A DNA stretch of 64,000 bases from Sphaerodactylus townsendi (GCF_021028975.2 NC_059425.1:26040001-26104000), one strand, 5' to 3'; counted from the first letter of the stretch, positions 35,756 to 48,608 are shown. Notes: generated from the letters alone by a model not told the origin. Translations and numbers: made by a program.

Positions 35756-36202
35756 TTATTTATGTGTATGTGTGTATGTGTATAAACATTTCTAAGCTGC
35801 CTTCTCCTTGAACCTGTGTTTTATTTTTGTCCCTGTAAAAGATGAGGAAGAGCAGTCCGCGCTAGTGTTTATCTTAACTTATAGCCCCCCTTCTCATTGA
35901 AACTCAAGGTGAATTTAAAATACATTAAAAATCAATCATACTTTCAGTAAAGAACGCAGTAGGACTAGGATTAGATTATTAAAATAGATGATACATTTCT
36001 TCTGGCACCCAGGATAAAGGCTGCCTAATCTTGTTGAAACAGTTTTAAAAGAAAATTAGACAAAACTGACAGAGAACAATACTGTTCAAAGCTGTCACCT
36101 CTGGTGCCTAAATCTATGTCCAGGAGCGATGTACCTTGAGGGCAAATGCCAGGAAAGGGCTGTCTCTTGCATACTGTGCTGGTGGGCATTCCAAAAGCAC
36201 CA

Positions 36203-36475
36203 GGGCCCTTTCCCCACTTACCTTAAGCCCCACGCTACTCTCCTAAAGTAGCGCGGCGTCCAGCTGCACTCCCCACTTCAAGGGCAGCGAGAACGCAGCT
36301 GCCCCGACGCTGCCTCTCTCGCGCCCCCTCAGCGCGCAGCATCCCAGGCGCTCTTCTTAAGGGCGCCTTTTGATAACCCCGCGCTTGTGGGGACGCCCGG
36401 GTGTGTGCCTGGGATGCTGCGCGCTGAGAGCAGCGCGTGGCATAGGGGAAATGGAAGAGAGTGGGGAAAGGCCCC
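36203..36475. mobile_element. Palindromic GC-rich MITE (family of 4036-4293)
   Basis: gggccctttccccact / agtggggaaaggccc TIRs; body is the inverted homologue of 4036-4293. Confidence 0.8.
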
Positions 36476-36836
36476 TGGTCAGTCAAGCTTGGAAATAAGA
36501 TACTGATGAGATGAACCCTGACAGCCATCATACTTTGATGCCTCTCCCTGTCAGGTGCCTTGCCATGCTGGTATTACATAGGCAGGACTTCTCCACCCCA
36601 CCCCACCCCACACAAACTTTGCCTAGCTAGAGAGGAAGCTACATTAGAGCTGGATTGTTCTTATCTTCCAATACCCCCCACATATTTGGGTTTTTGAAGC
36701 AGAGTGTGTAGTCAGCCATCTATACGAATCACACAAGAGAACATTTTGGCATGGTTTTCTCTCCTCCACATGAGAAGCTGCCCCTGCAAAAAAAAAAATC
36801 TCTCTCCCTCTGCCCAATTCAAGCCTGCTACAAAAT

Positions 36837-37927
36837 TGTTACAGCAAATTGCCAGTAACAATAAGTGATTTCAGCTCAGCAACTTAATGAGGCGCAGGAA
36901 GCAGGCGTTTCTTCAAAGCAGGAAGGATTTTATTGCAAGTGATTTCTTGGCACAGCTCAGCAAAAAGGACCTCCTCATGGCTGTGCATCAGCCCCTTTTA
37001 TACATTTCCCAGTAACCCAGAAAGGGGGTGTGGGGCAGTCCCACCCCCATAGTGCAAAACCCAGGAAGGGGGCGGTCTCCTTCCATCTAATACAGAGAAA
37101 ATATCCTAGAACACCAAAGGGAGAAAACAATCTCTTTGCACATACTGATGAGATCAAATCCCAGAAGAAAAGCTTACACCTTCTTGCCTGAGGTGGTTCC
37201 TTGGGAGTGTTAGACAAAGACAAGTTTAAATGATCCAATGAATTCTTGGATCCTGAAAGTAGGATGTGAACAGTCCAATGAGCTTCTGGATCCTGAAAGA
37301 GTAAAACTTCAAACAGTCCAATAGCAAAACAGGGTGACATCTTCCAAGGCTGGAGTGACCCCTTGGAGTGCCTGGCAACAGATTCGATTAACTTTCATAA
37401 GTCCAAAGAGGGTGCGTTGTTCTTGTCAAAGGGTCCGGCTGGAAGCGTTGGTCCTAAGCAAGCATTCCAGAGCCAACTTCCTGGTTACACTTAATATCAG
37501 ACCTTAACTTTGGCTGTGCTTCTATTCTCAGACACTGCAAATTTCAAAATAACATTTCTAGCAAACATTACAGGAAAACCTTAAAGGATAAACACACATA
37601 CTTATACTTATAGGCAGGACTGTACATCTATCTACTGGCAGGGCTCGCTTAAAACTAATAGAACCTTAACCTAACTGAAGAACCTTATTAAACTAAAATC
37701 CTAAACTGCAGGCATAAACTTAACTAAGAGGAGCTTTTTTACTACATCCTAGAATGACACAAACACAAGGGAAATCATATAGCATTGGCACAATCATGCA
37801 TATACATTCTTTGTGAACCTTATGAAGGCTTCTGAACCACACAGGTCTCTGTATCCGGGCAGGGAGCCAGTGTAGCCAGGCAACCTGACTTCAGGAAAAT
37901 ATTTTGTTTATTTTCCCATCGGTAACA
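36837..37927 (-). mobile_element. Candidate solo LTR (about 1.1 kb)
   Basis: TGTTAC...GTAACA termini with 4-bp flanking repeat aaat; on minus, TATAAAA (plus 36996-37002) then AATAAA (plus 36929-36934); tandem CCAAT-containing repeats at about 37230-37325 in the U3 position. Confidence 0.5.
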
Positions 37928-39891
37928 AAATGGCATGAGTGTATGTCACCTGAAGCTTCCTGGAGGAAAAGAGTGGAATGACAGCCACTAATGTTTGTGC
38001 TCAGAGCACAGATCCAGTCAGGGAATGAAATGACACAGGGAAGTTTGACTGGTTCAACTTCAGCCTTGCTGTTCACATACAGAAATCCTGGCAGGAAGAG
38101 CTGATTCAAGTCCCTGTGTGGGTAGGATGAAAACGGTCTTTGTCTGGGCACCAGAAGGAGAGTCGTAAAGACTGGCAAGGGAAAATGCGTGGGTCCCTGC
38201 GCCATAATAGGTTGGTTATCATTTGCCTCAGCAAGCCATATGTTACGCCACAACACTGCAGGAATCTCTGCTTCTGAAGCTGGAGAGCATCCTCCTCCAT
38301 TTTGGTCAAGAGTCTGGAAGCCAGAGAAGGAGCAGCCAAACAAGCTCCAAGGAGAATGGGGCTGTGAGGCAGCTCTTGAAGAATGGTGGTGGCCATTTTG
38401 AGTGCCATTGGGGACTGCAGAACAGGAGACAAGGTAGGCCTGACCAGTGGGTTCAGTTAAGAGGTATTCCCGCACAAGCCTCAATGAAATGATGTATGGT
38501 CATGCTTTTGTGCGCTTCTCGATCACTTCAGTGACGCTTCTTGTAGACAACAAGTTGCATCCCATCTGTGTGTGGCGTTAGGTTTTATATATTGCATTTA
38601 TACCCACCGTTTCTTACCAGTGGGCCCCCAAAGCAGCTAACAGCATTCTCCTCTCCTCCTGTTTGTCTTCCCAACAACTCTGTGAGGTAGGTCAGACTGA
38701 CAGTGTGTGACTAGTCCAGTATCAGGCCCCTCTGCACACGCAAAATAATGCGTTTTCAAACCACTTTCACAACTGTTTGCAAGTGGATTTTGCCATTCCG
38801 CACAGCTTCAAAGAGCACTGAAAGCAGTTTGAAAGTGCATTATTCTGCATGTGCGGAATGAGCCTCAAGAGAGCTTCCATGGCACAGTGGGGATTCAAAT
38901 CTGATTCTAACCATTACACCACATTAGTATAGTTTGGATTTTATTTAAGATACCAGAATCAAGTTGCCTGGATCTGTCCTTGTTTGCCTAGGATTTCTGA
39001 CAAGGTTCTAGTTCTTCCAGCTCACAAGCCCAAGTGGGCTAAGAAATGCGGAATATAATGAAATAAGCTGTCTTGGGCCATCGTTGGAGGGTACCCCATG
39101 GTTGCTAGGAAACAGCAGATACCTGTCTTCTCTCCTTCCTCCCACACTCTAACCACTACAACCCACTCTTATGTCTCCCATCACTGGTGACAGAATCCTG
39201 GAATCCTTGGCATCTGAGGTTGCACTCCTTTGCACACTTGCCTTGGAGAAAGTCCCACCGAGTGCAGCAGTTCTTCCAAAAATGAACATGCACAGCAGGT
39301 TTGCGCTGTGGGCCACGGCTCCATCCTAACCAGAGCTCTAGTTAGGAGATTCTTCTCTGTTTTTCAGTAACCATAGATACTGCAGTCCAAATAAATAAGA
39401 CCAGGCTTGACAAGAAGCAGGGGATACACAAGTGCAGTCCAGCAAAAGTTTCAGCCCTTTTGATTTCAAAGTATTTATCTCTCTCCCCCACTGTTATCAG
39501 TGAGGCTAAAACATGCCTTTGTTAGCTAGAGCCTGCCTAGTATTTTTTTATTATGCATCATGTCTATAACGTAAATTAGACAGTTATTTCGAAAACTTTT
39601 ATACCAAGTTTATTTATGTTCTTCATTCATAGTCTGTCTTCCTGGCTGAGATTCAAGGTGGATCACAAAATATAAAAACAGTGCTCTCAAACAGCCAATA
39701 TGCTATAAGTCGGCATCAGCTAATAAACAATGCTATAGGACTAAGTTCCAGTATTGTAAAACAATTAAAATAAAAACAATAGGTGACATGTCAATGCATA
39801 AACAAAGCAAAAACTGGATTAGAAAACCAGAAGACTGCAATAAAAGCAAGAGAATATATATATATGCAATAAATAATACAACAGACTATAC

Positions 39892-40225
39892 CAGTGTTTC
39901 CCAACCTTTTCGAGGTCAGGGTACCCTTGACCTCACTCTTCATATCTCATGGTACCCCTGCCGCCACCCTCTACCTTCTCCTCCCATTGCCCCTGCTGGC
40001 CACACACCCCACCTTCCCCTCCCAGGGTAAAGAGTGACACTGGGGGTAGTGGTGGCTGCTGACCTTGTGGCAGGCCCTGCCCCATGGGCCAGCTCCATGT
40101 CCTTGCTGGTGCCGGTGGGAGACACCACAAAAATGAGGGGGGGCGGGCGGTAGTGTTGCCGCGGTACCCCTGGGACATGCTCACGGCACCCCAGGGTACC
40201 AGGGAACCCTGGTTGAGAATGGCTG
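39892..40225. mobile_element. hAT (Charlie-like) MITE
   Basis: Ends cagtgtttcccaacc / ggttgagaatggctg; perfect 8-bp TSD gactatac (39884-39891, 40226-40233). Confidence 0.8.
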
Positions 40226-41899
40226 GACTATACTGTAATTCTATTCCCTTTATAAAAGTGCCCTCTTGAACACTCTGCAAATTGTGTAAAGTGGTATTAT
40301 GCTGCAGCTCTATTCCTTTTATTAAAATGCCACTTTACACAATTTGCCAAGTATGTAAGGCAGCAGCTCTGAACACACTTTTCCAAGGAGTAAGTGCCTG
40401 CTGAATAAAATGGGACTTACTTTTTAATAGACCATCTTAGGATTGCTCCCTAAAGAGGTAAAGGTATTTTTAAGCACCAATGAGCAGATCTGATCTCTTG
40501 CTGTACTCCAAGCTCTATAATATAATGTTCGGAACGATGTGACTTTATTTTGCATGTTGACGTGCATATAGTATATTGTGTCTGTGTCTGTGTGTGTGCA
40601 CGCGCGCACGATCAATTCACAGTTGACTTATGGCACCCTATAGGGTTTTCAAGGCAAGAGGCATTCAAAGGTCGTTTGCCATTGCCTGCCTCTGCTTGGG
40701 CTGAGAGAACTATGATTGGCCCAAAGTCACCCAGCAGCCTTTATGTGGAGGAGTGGGAAACAAACCCAGGTCTCCAAATTAGACGTAGCGTTAGGTCCCA
40801 AACCTTAAGCCAATAAACGGACTCTGTGTAGTTGATCAGTAGCATTTATTGAGAAGTGTCAGATCACCAAAGCTTGGCAAAGCCAATTCTGACAAACTTG
40901 GCTTTTGCCATCCCTTTAATCCCTTACAAGTCCTCCCTCCTGAATTCCCAAGAAATTGTGAAAAACAGTCCCTGGAGTTGAGGCACCTCAAGGTCGCCAG
41001 CAGATAGTCAGAGAAACCCACCTGGCTCCCTGCCCCCACCAGATAATAGATATGACTCTGTTTCTCATGGGATCAGGGTGTCAGGGGAAAGCCTAGTTAT
41101 CTACAAAGCATGTGAAGTCAAAAAGTAAAGATCAAGGAAAGAATGCCTCAGATGGCAGTGGTAACATATAGCAGGCTGGTTACATATATCTTTCAGCTGC
41201 ATTTGATTTGTGGCATTAAGCAGTTACAGTGTGGTAGAAATGCATCTCAATCACCTAGATACAACCCCCCTGACACATAGTATGTTACAAATGTGGTATA
41301 ATGCACTGGTGATATATATTAACCAAACTGGCCAGTGAGGTTAAGATTGTCATACTAGTATCCAGGAAACCTGATTTTGAATCCTTACTAGTGCCGTAGA
41401 GGCTCACTGGTTGACCTTGAGCCAGTCAGCCTAACCTACTTCACAGGGTTGTTGTGAGGGTAAAATGGAGGAGAGGAGAATGATGTAAACCACTTAGGTC
41501 TCCAAGGGAAGAAAGGCAGGATACAATAAAGTAAATCATTTTTTAAAATAGTTGTATGGAGTTATGAGTGACAAACTGCAATACAACGAATACAAAGAGA
41601 TCCAACTGATGTATCACCTTGCAGATCTTCTTGTCTGGGTTGGAGTAAGGCAGTATTCTATATCTGAAATCATAAAACGAGTTTCTGGATTCTGAGTGAT
41701 CAGTTCAGGATTGCTCTGTAAGATTCCAAGCCGGTGTTGCCAAACTACAGAGTGGGGCCTGGAGTATTCATGGAATTACAATGGATCTCCAGACTACAGA
41801 AATGATAGAGAATATAAGAAGAGCCCTGATGGATCACACCAGTTGTCCATCCTCTCCAGCATCCTTCACTGCACTTTTTACTTTTACAGGATTTATATC

Positions 41900-43640
41900 C
41901 TGCCCTATCCCAGGCAAAGGGATCTTGTCACACACAGTAGCCAGTCAGTTAGAGCCTGAGCAGACCATAGAGGCTGAGACCTCCTTCGGGCACTGATATA
42001 CAGAGGTTTACTGCCTCTGAATGTGGATGCTCCCTCTAGGCACCATTATTAGTAGCCAGTGATCCATCCTCCATGAATCAATTTAATCCCCTTTTAAAGC
42101 TGTCTGTGCCTGTCTGCATCACTACATCCTCTGGCAGTGGCAGCAAATCCCACATTTTAGTCATTTGTATAAAGAAGAGTCTCCTTCTATCCACACTGAA
42201 TCGACTGCCTATCAGCTTCACTGGATGCCCTCGAGTCTAATATTTCGGGTGAGGGAAAAAAAGTTCTCTCTGCCCACTGTCTTCACAGCATGCATAATTT
42301 TATGAATCTCTATTATTTCTCCCCTTAATCGGCTCTTTCTAAACTAAAAAGCCCCAGACCTTTTTAGCCTTTCCTCCAACTCTCTAATCATGTTGGTTGC
42401 CTTCTTCTGTACTTTTCCCAGCTCTGCAAGGTCCTTTTGGAGATACAGAGATCAGAACTGCACACAATATCCCAATGAGGCTGCATCATAGATACATACA
42501 GGGGGATTATAATTCCGATCATTTTGTGTCCAGTCTCTTTCCTAATAAACCCCAGCATAGAGTGTTCCTTTTCACTGCTGTGGCATCTGAATTCATCCAC
42601 TATGACCCCAACTGACTCAGTTTTAGTAAGTTTAGTTAGGAGCCATTTTGGTGTAATGGCAAGGACCAGGTGGATTCTAATCTGGTGAACTGGGCTTGTT
42701 TCTTCACTCCCCCACATGACGCCTGCTGGGTGACCTTGGGCTAGTCACAGTTCTCTCAGAACTCTCTCAGCCTCACCTACCTCACAAGGTGTCTGTTGTG
42801 GGGAGAGGAAAGGAAAGGAGTTTGTAAGCTGCTCTGAGACTCCTTATAATTGAGAAAAACAGAGTATAAATCCAAACACTTCTTCTTTCGATCCCATCAG
42901 CACATACTTAAAGATGGGATTTTTTTTTGTTCCAGTGTGCATCACCTTATACTCCTTACACTGATCTTCACTTGCCACATTGTTGCCCACTCACCCAATT
43001 TTGTGGACATCTTCCTGGAGATCTTCACAGCCAGCCCTGGTTTATACCATCTTGAATTTTGTCTCATCTGCAAACTTGGCCAGTATACTGTTCATCCCCA
43101 GTTCCAGATCGAGAGCCAGCGTGGTGTAGTGGTTAAGAGCAGCTGCACTCTAATCTGGAGAACCAGGTTTGATTCCCCGCTCTGCCACTTGAGCTGTGGA
43201 GACTTATCTGGTGAACCAGATTAGCTTGTGTACTCCTACATATGCCAGCTGGGTGGTCTTGGGCTAGTCACAGATCTTTGGAACTCTTTCAGGGAAAGGA
43301 GATTGTAAACCCCTTTGAGTTTCCTTACATGAGAGAAAGGGGGGGGGGGATATAAATCCAAACTCCTCCTCCTCTTCTTCTTCTTAATTTATGAACAAAT
43401 CAAATAGCATTGGCCCCAATACGAATCCTAGTAGGTCCATAATACTTTATTCTTTCTGCTGCAAGAATGATCCATTTATTTTTACTCCTTGCTTTCTGTC
43501 ATTTTGCCAACTTTGAAATCCACTGATTTGAAATCCATTTATTTTTACACCTTGCTTTCTGTCATTTTGCTAACTTTGAAATCTTATCCCATGACTTTTA
43601 AGATAACTGAGGAGTCTTTCATCAGGTACTTTAGAAGAAC
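41900..43640 (-). mobile_element. Decayed CR1 LINE on minus with two nested Squam3-like SINEs (42637-42887, 43111-43385)
   Basis: Minus translation MLGFIRKE...IIIPLYVSMMQPH resembles CR1 ORF2; tcatctgcaaacttg encodes KFADD; the SINEs are recognisable from the shared core. Confidence 0.7.
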
Positions 43641-44319
43641 TGCCAGCTATGTGTCAGCTAAGCTCTCTCTCCTCCTCAGTTATTTTATTTATTTAGACAT
43701 TTATACCCTGGTTTCCTCCAGTGGGAATCCAAAACAGTTCACAACATTGTTCTCCCCATCCCCCTCCACTTCATCCTCACAAAACTATCCTGTGAGTGAC
43801 GGGTCCAAGGTCACCTAGAGCATCTATGGCAAAGATGTAATAATATAAAAAAATAATATTTCAGACACAATAATACAGTGATGCTTGCAGTGCATGCTAA
43901 TAATACTTATTAATATTTATCATAGTTTTCTATTTTCTATTAACAATAAACATATTGCATTAATTATATGCCATTACTTGTGCTTTTAAGTACTGTGATA
44001 GATCCACCCACGAACCCCAATGCTTTCGAGTGCCGGTTTCTTCCAACACCACAGGCTCACATCCACACACCTCTCTCCTCATTTAGACCGATTACAATAC
44101 GAATGATTCCCCCAAATTGATCAACCCCGCCTTGTGTGTGCTGGCGCAATTAATGTATTTTATTTATTCACTTCTGCATTTCTACTCCGCCAATCTCCTA
44201 AGGGACTCGAGGCGGCTCAGAATATAAACATAATAATACAACACAACAGTATCAAGCTTATTTGTTCCCTGGTTAGGTTAAGCATCATTGGTCTCCCTGC
44301 CAGTATCAAGCATGGATTC

Positions 44320-44440
44320 CAGGCACCGGTGTATTGGCAGAGTTGCGCGTGCGTGCATCCTCAGCCTCGAGTGACCCGGAAGTCGAATGCTGAGACTGGT
44401 CATGTGAAAAAGCACTATCCAAGTCTGCGACTATGGGTAC
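44320..44440 (+). promoter_or_regulatory. FIBP: Probable FIBP housekeeping-type promoter and non-coding first exon
   Basis: Local CpG patch with reverse CCAAT (44333-44337), NRF1-like TGCGCGTGCG (44344-44353) and ETS/GABP CCGGAAGT (44376-44383); strong acceptor ttttctttgttcttag| at 45031, upstream of the ATG. Confidence 0.55.
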
Positions 44441-45130
44441 AGAAGGGGATCTCAGTTGTTGAGAAGGAGCGGGGTGGGGGGGGTGGGGGAGGTTCTCTGG
44501 GTCAGTTAAATCGGGTTGTTGGAACTAGGATTTCTGCCTTTTCTTGGCCTGGAGGGGGGCGGGAGCAGAGGTCTCTGGGGTACTCTGAAGTGTAGGGCAC
44601 AGGACTAGTTAAAGTTAGGGATCGGATAGGATCAGGAAAAAAGGAAGAAGTCCTGCCTTTTTGCCCTAGGCTTAAGGGGTGGTTATTTACCAGGTGATGA
44701 TACTATTTACCTTTGTGATATGAAAAGCTTCAGCTGTTCATTAAACCTCTGGTGACAGGGCAAGACATTTTTGCCCACATTGCTGGCAGAATTATATGGG
44801 GATTGTTTCTGCAGGGGCCCTTTTCACTTTATAAATACAGTTAACCCTTCACACACACACACCCTTCATCCAGCTTTTTACATCTTCCTGCTTTGAAAAT
44901 TTGTAGGGGGAATTGCTCTGTGCCCCTTAGGATTGGGGTGAGGTATAAATAAAAGATATAAATAGTAAGCCTGCTTTGTGGTTGTGAAAGCTGTATTTTG
45001 GGAACAGTTCTGCTCTTTTCTTTGTTCTTAGCACCTGCCTGTCTCAGTTTCTGAGGTCTCTAAGTGGGGCTGCTAGGAGCTGAGGAATCCGTGGCAAAGC
45101 CCAGGCCAGGGGGATCTAGCTTCATGTGCC

Positions 45131-45215
45131 ATGACCAATAATCTGGACATCTTTGTGGGGAACACCACCCTGATCGATGAGGAAGTCTATCAGCTCTGGC
45201 TGGATGGGTATTCGG
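45131..45215 (+). CDS. FIBP: FGF1 intracellular binding protein, coding exon 1
   Basis: gccATG; [28 protein letters not shown]; donor G|GTGAGT; 85 nt. Confidence 0.95.
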
Positions 45216-45369
45216 GTGAGTCCTACATTCCATTCTCTTTTTTGGGGGTGGTAAAGTGGGGTTGTAATGGTTAAAGCAAGATTTGTACAAGTGGGCAGTT
45301 GCCACTGTAGTAGTCCTAATGATTCTACTTTAAGGAGTGGGTTTTGATATCAGGGGCCAAGTTTAATAA

Positions 45370-45925
45370 GAAGAGCCCTGCTGGGTCAAACCAGTGATCC
45401 ATTGGGTCCAGCACCCTGTTTCACACAGTGACCAATCAGTTCCTCTGGACTCAGGTTCAATAGGTACAGAGGCTGAGGCCTTCCCGTGATAATGCCTCCT
45501 GGCCCTGGGATTCAAATTGAACATGAGGTCCCCTTATCCAGCATGGCTAGTAACCACCTATTTTTCATGAATCTGTCTAATCCCTTTTTAAAGCTGTCTA
45601 TGCCTGTGGCCATCCCTACATCCTCTGGCAGCAAGTGCCACATTTTAATTGCTTGCAGAGTAAAGAAGTGTTTCCTTTTGTTCATCTTGAATCTATTGCC
45701 TATCAGCTTCATTAGCTGCCCTCAATGTCTAGTATTTTGGAAGAGGGAGAAAAAGGTCCCTTATCAACTCTTTCCACCTGTGCATAATTTTACAAACCTC
45801 TTATCATATGCCCCACTAGTCATCTCTTTTCTAAAACTGAAAAGTCCCGGACTTTTCCGACTTTCCTCATAGGGAAAGTGCTTCAGCCCCCTAATCATCT
45901 TGGTTGCCCTCTTCTGTACTTTTTG
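45370..45925 (-). mobile_element. CR1 LINE 3' fragment in FIBP intron 1
   Basis: Minus ORF MKLIGNRFKMNKRKHFFT...LLPEDVGMATGIDSFKKGLDRFM is the CR1 ORF2 C-terminus. Confidence 0.8.
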
Positions 45926-47019
45926 CTTCCTATCTGGTGACTAATTGAAGGGAGTCCAAGGGAAGATTGAAGCACTGAAGATCTACAACTTTATCCCAAA
46001 CATTAGAATCCCCCTGATCAATCCAAAGTAGCCCTCTTGGGTATTGGAGCATATCATTTTAACTTTAAGAGAAGAGGCTTCCACCTAAGTTGGAGCTCCA
46101 AGAGATGATTTTCCCAATTCCACTCAGAGGGCTACCCCTGCTACAGAATTTGAAATTCTGGAGATGGGACATAGGATTTAAAACGTATTCATCTTTAAGG
46201 TGCTGCAAGACTCCTGCTTGTTTTTGCTTCAGCAAACTTAATGTGAAATAATTCCACCCTGAGAAAAGCAATAGGGGGAAGGAAGCTGTGTGGGAGATGT
46301 ATTACATACTTACATTGGATTGCATTTGGGAATTGTTGGTTGCATGTTTTGGTGGTGGCACCTCACCTTTGGAATGCCACCCCCTTTCAGACTCAACTGG
46401 CACCTACTTTCCTTTCCTTCTAGATGTCAGACCAGGACATTTCTCTTCATTCGGGTCTCTTCTAAGTGGCTTGAACTCTTGTAATTGTTTCTACAGTCTG
46501 TTCTGAGCTTGAGGACTACTTTATCAATATTATTTTAGTTTACCCTCTCTAGGCTTTTATGGCTTGTTTTTCTTGGCTGTATTTACTGACATTGTATTAA
46601 CCTCATTTGTTTTGTTTATGTCGCTGATTCAAAAGATTTTCTTGGTATGATTAGATTTTATTGTTGTCGGTTTGCTTGATTGACTTTGTTTTATCGTGGT
46701 GAGCGGCCTCCAGCATAACTGGCCTACAGATGTTCTGAATAAATACATGAGAGTTGACCAGTCAGAAATCTTACAGTCAAAGATGAATTTGAGGTGGGAT
46801 TTCAAGAAAGAAAGCAAGGCAGAACCCCATAAGGTATTCTGGGAGGAAGTTTGGAGAATGAGGGATAATGAACAGTTGATTGAAAGAGCATTTCAGGATC
46901 AAGAGTGGCAGTCAGAAGAGGAAAGATATTTCACACATTTTTAGCCCTACTCCCTCCTAGTTGTTGGTTGCCCTGTGGGTTACTGAGATCAGCTTTTGTC
47001 CTTCTTTGCTGTTCTGTAG

Positions 47020-47218
47020 TGAATGATGCCGTGACGCTCCGTCTGCGCAGTGGAATTCTGGAGCAAACGGGGGCGACAATGGACGTGCTCCAGAGCGACA
47101 CCATGGATCACTACCGAACTTTCTACATGCTGGAGCGCCTCCTTCACTCACCCCCCAAGCTGTTGAACCAGCTGCTCTTCCAAATACCCCCTTATCGCCA
47201 GACCATGTTGATTGAAAG
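47020..47218 (+). CDS. FIBP: FIBP coding exon 2
   Basis: ctgtag|TG; [65 protein letters not shown]; AG|GTGGGT; 199 nt. Confidence 0.97.
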
Positions 47219-47304
47219 GTGGGTGAGATAGAGGGCTGGACTGGAGAGCCAGACTAGGGCAAGGGTCTATGCAATGTGGTCTCCTGGAGGAAAGACATAG
47301 GCTG

Positions 47305-47800
47305 GAAGGTGGAATACTGTGTCCAGTTCTGGACACCACAATTCTGGAAGGATATTGACAAGTTGGAATGGGTCCAGAGGAGGACAACCAAAAAAGTAAA
47401 AGGTCTGAATTCCATGCCCTACGAGGAGCAGCTTAGGGAGCTAGGCATGTTTAGTCTGGCGAAGAGAAGGTTAAGGGGTGATGTGATAGCCATGTTTAAA
47501 TATTTGAAGAATTGTCATGTTGAAGTTGGAGCCAGCTTGTTTTCTGCTGCTCCAGAGACTGGGACAAAGATTAATGGATTCAAAGTACCAGATAAAAGAT
47601 TCCACCTAAACATTAGGAGGAACTTCCTGATGGTAAGGGCTGTTCGACAGTGCGATACATTGCCTCAGAGTATGTTGGAGTCTCCCTCTTTGGAAGCTTT
47701 TAAACAGAGGCTGGATGGCCATCTGTCAGGGGTGCTTTGATTGTTTATTCTTGCAGAGTACGGGGTGGACCATAAGGGTCTCTTCCAACTTCGTGATTCT
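47305..47800 (+). mobile_element. CR1 LINE 3' fragment in FIBP intron 2
   Basis: EYCVQFWTPQFWKDIDKLEWVQRRTTK...LESPSLEAFKQRLDGHLSGVL*; similar to 31380-31800. Confidence 0.9.
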
Positions 47801-48000
47801 AAGCTGATCCCGTAAAAGAGATCCATTCTAAGATAGCCTCTCTTCTTGTTCAGTGCTGCATTTTACGTGCCGTAAGCCATTCCAGAGATCTAGCCACTCC
47901 TCAAAGCAGAGAATAACTGAAGAATTGACTGAAAATGCAGATCCCTACTAGATCCCTTGATAAGGCTTCTCCCATCCTTGACATTGTCCTTTCACACCAG

Positions 48001-48127
48001 GTATTACGCCTTTGATGAAGCCTTTGTGCGGGAAGTGCTGGGCAAGAAACTCTCCAAGGGCACCAAGAAAGACCTGGATGACATCAGTGTCAAAACAGGA
48101 GTGACGCTCAAGAGTTGCCGTCGACAG
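48001..48127 (+). CDS. FIBP: FIBP coding exon 3
   Basis: caccag|G; [42 protein letters not shown]; |GTGCCT; 127 nt. Confidence 0.97.
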
Positions 48128-48387
48128 GTGCCTCTGTTGTGACTCATCACATCCACTCCTGCCACTTCTCATCAATGTTTGGGACATTCAGTCTATGTTG
48201 AAGGCTGGTGGGATTACCTCTACTCCCCCCCCCCCCCAATTCCCCAATTGATTGCCCTTTGGAAAGTGTAAAAAGTCACAATACACATGTTAGAAAAATT
48301 GGTATGATAAGGAGAATCCTGGGATGTGGGTATCCAAGGCTAACGGGGGAGTTGTCATACTTGGTCCCTTGTCTATGATTTGTAAAT

Positions 48388-48608
48388 CTATACCCTGTTC
48401 ACGATAAAGATGACAGGAGATTTGTGAAGTCATCCACCATTTCCTTTACCCTCTTTGTTCTAGAATGCTCCACTTGGGTCCTAGTGGCTTGGGGACAGAA
48501 CTAGGTAGGCACTAGGGCCCAAGTGGAGCATTCTACAACAAAGACAGTCCAGGGAATGGCAGATGAATTCACAAATCTCCTGTCATCTTTATCATGAAGA
48601 GGATATAG
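48388..48608. repeat. Long inverted repeat (arms of about 100 bp), probably a fold-back MITE, in FIBP intron 3
   Basis: gataaagatgacaggagatttgtgaa / ttcacaaatctcctgtcatctttatc and agaatgctccacttggg / cccaagtggagcattct are exact reverse complements. Confidence 0.85.
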
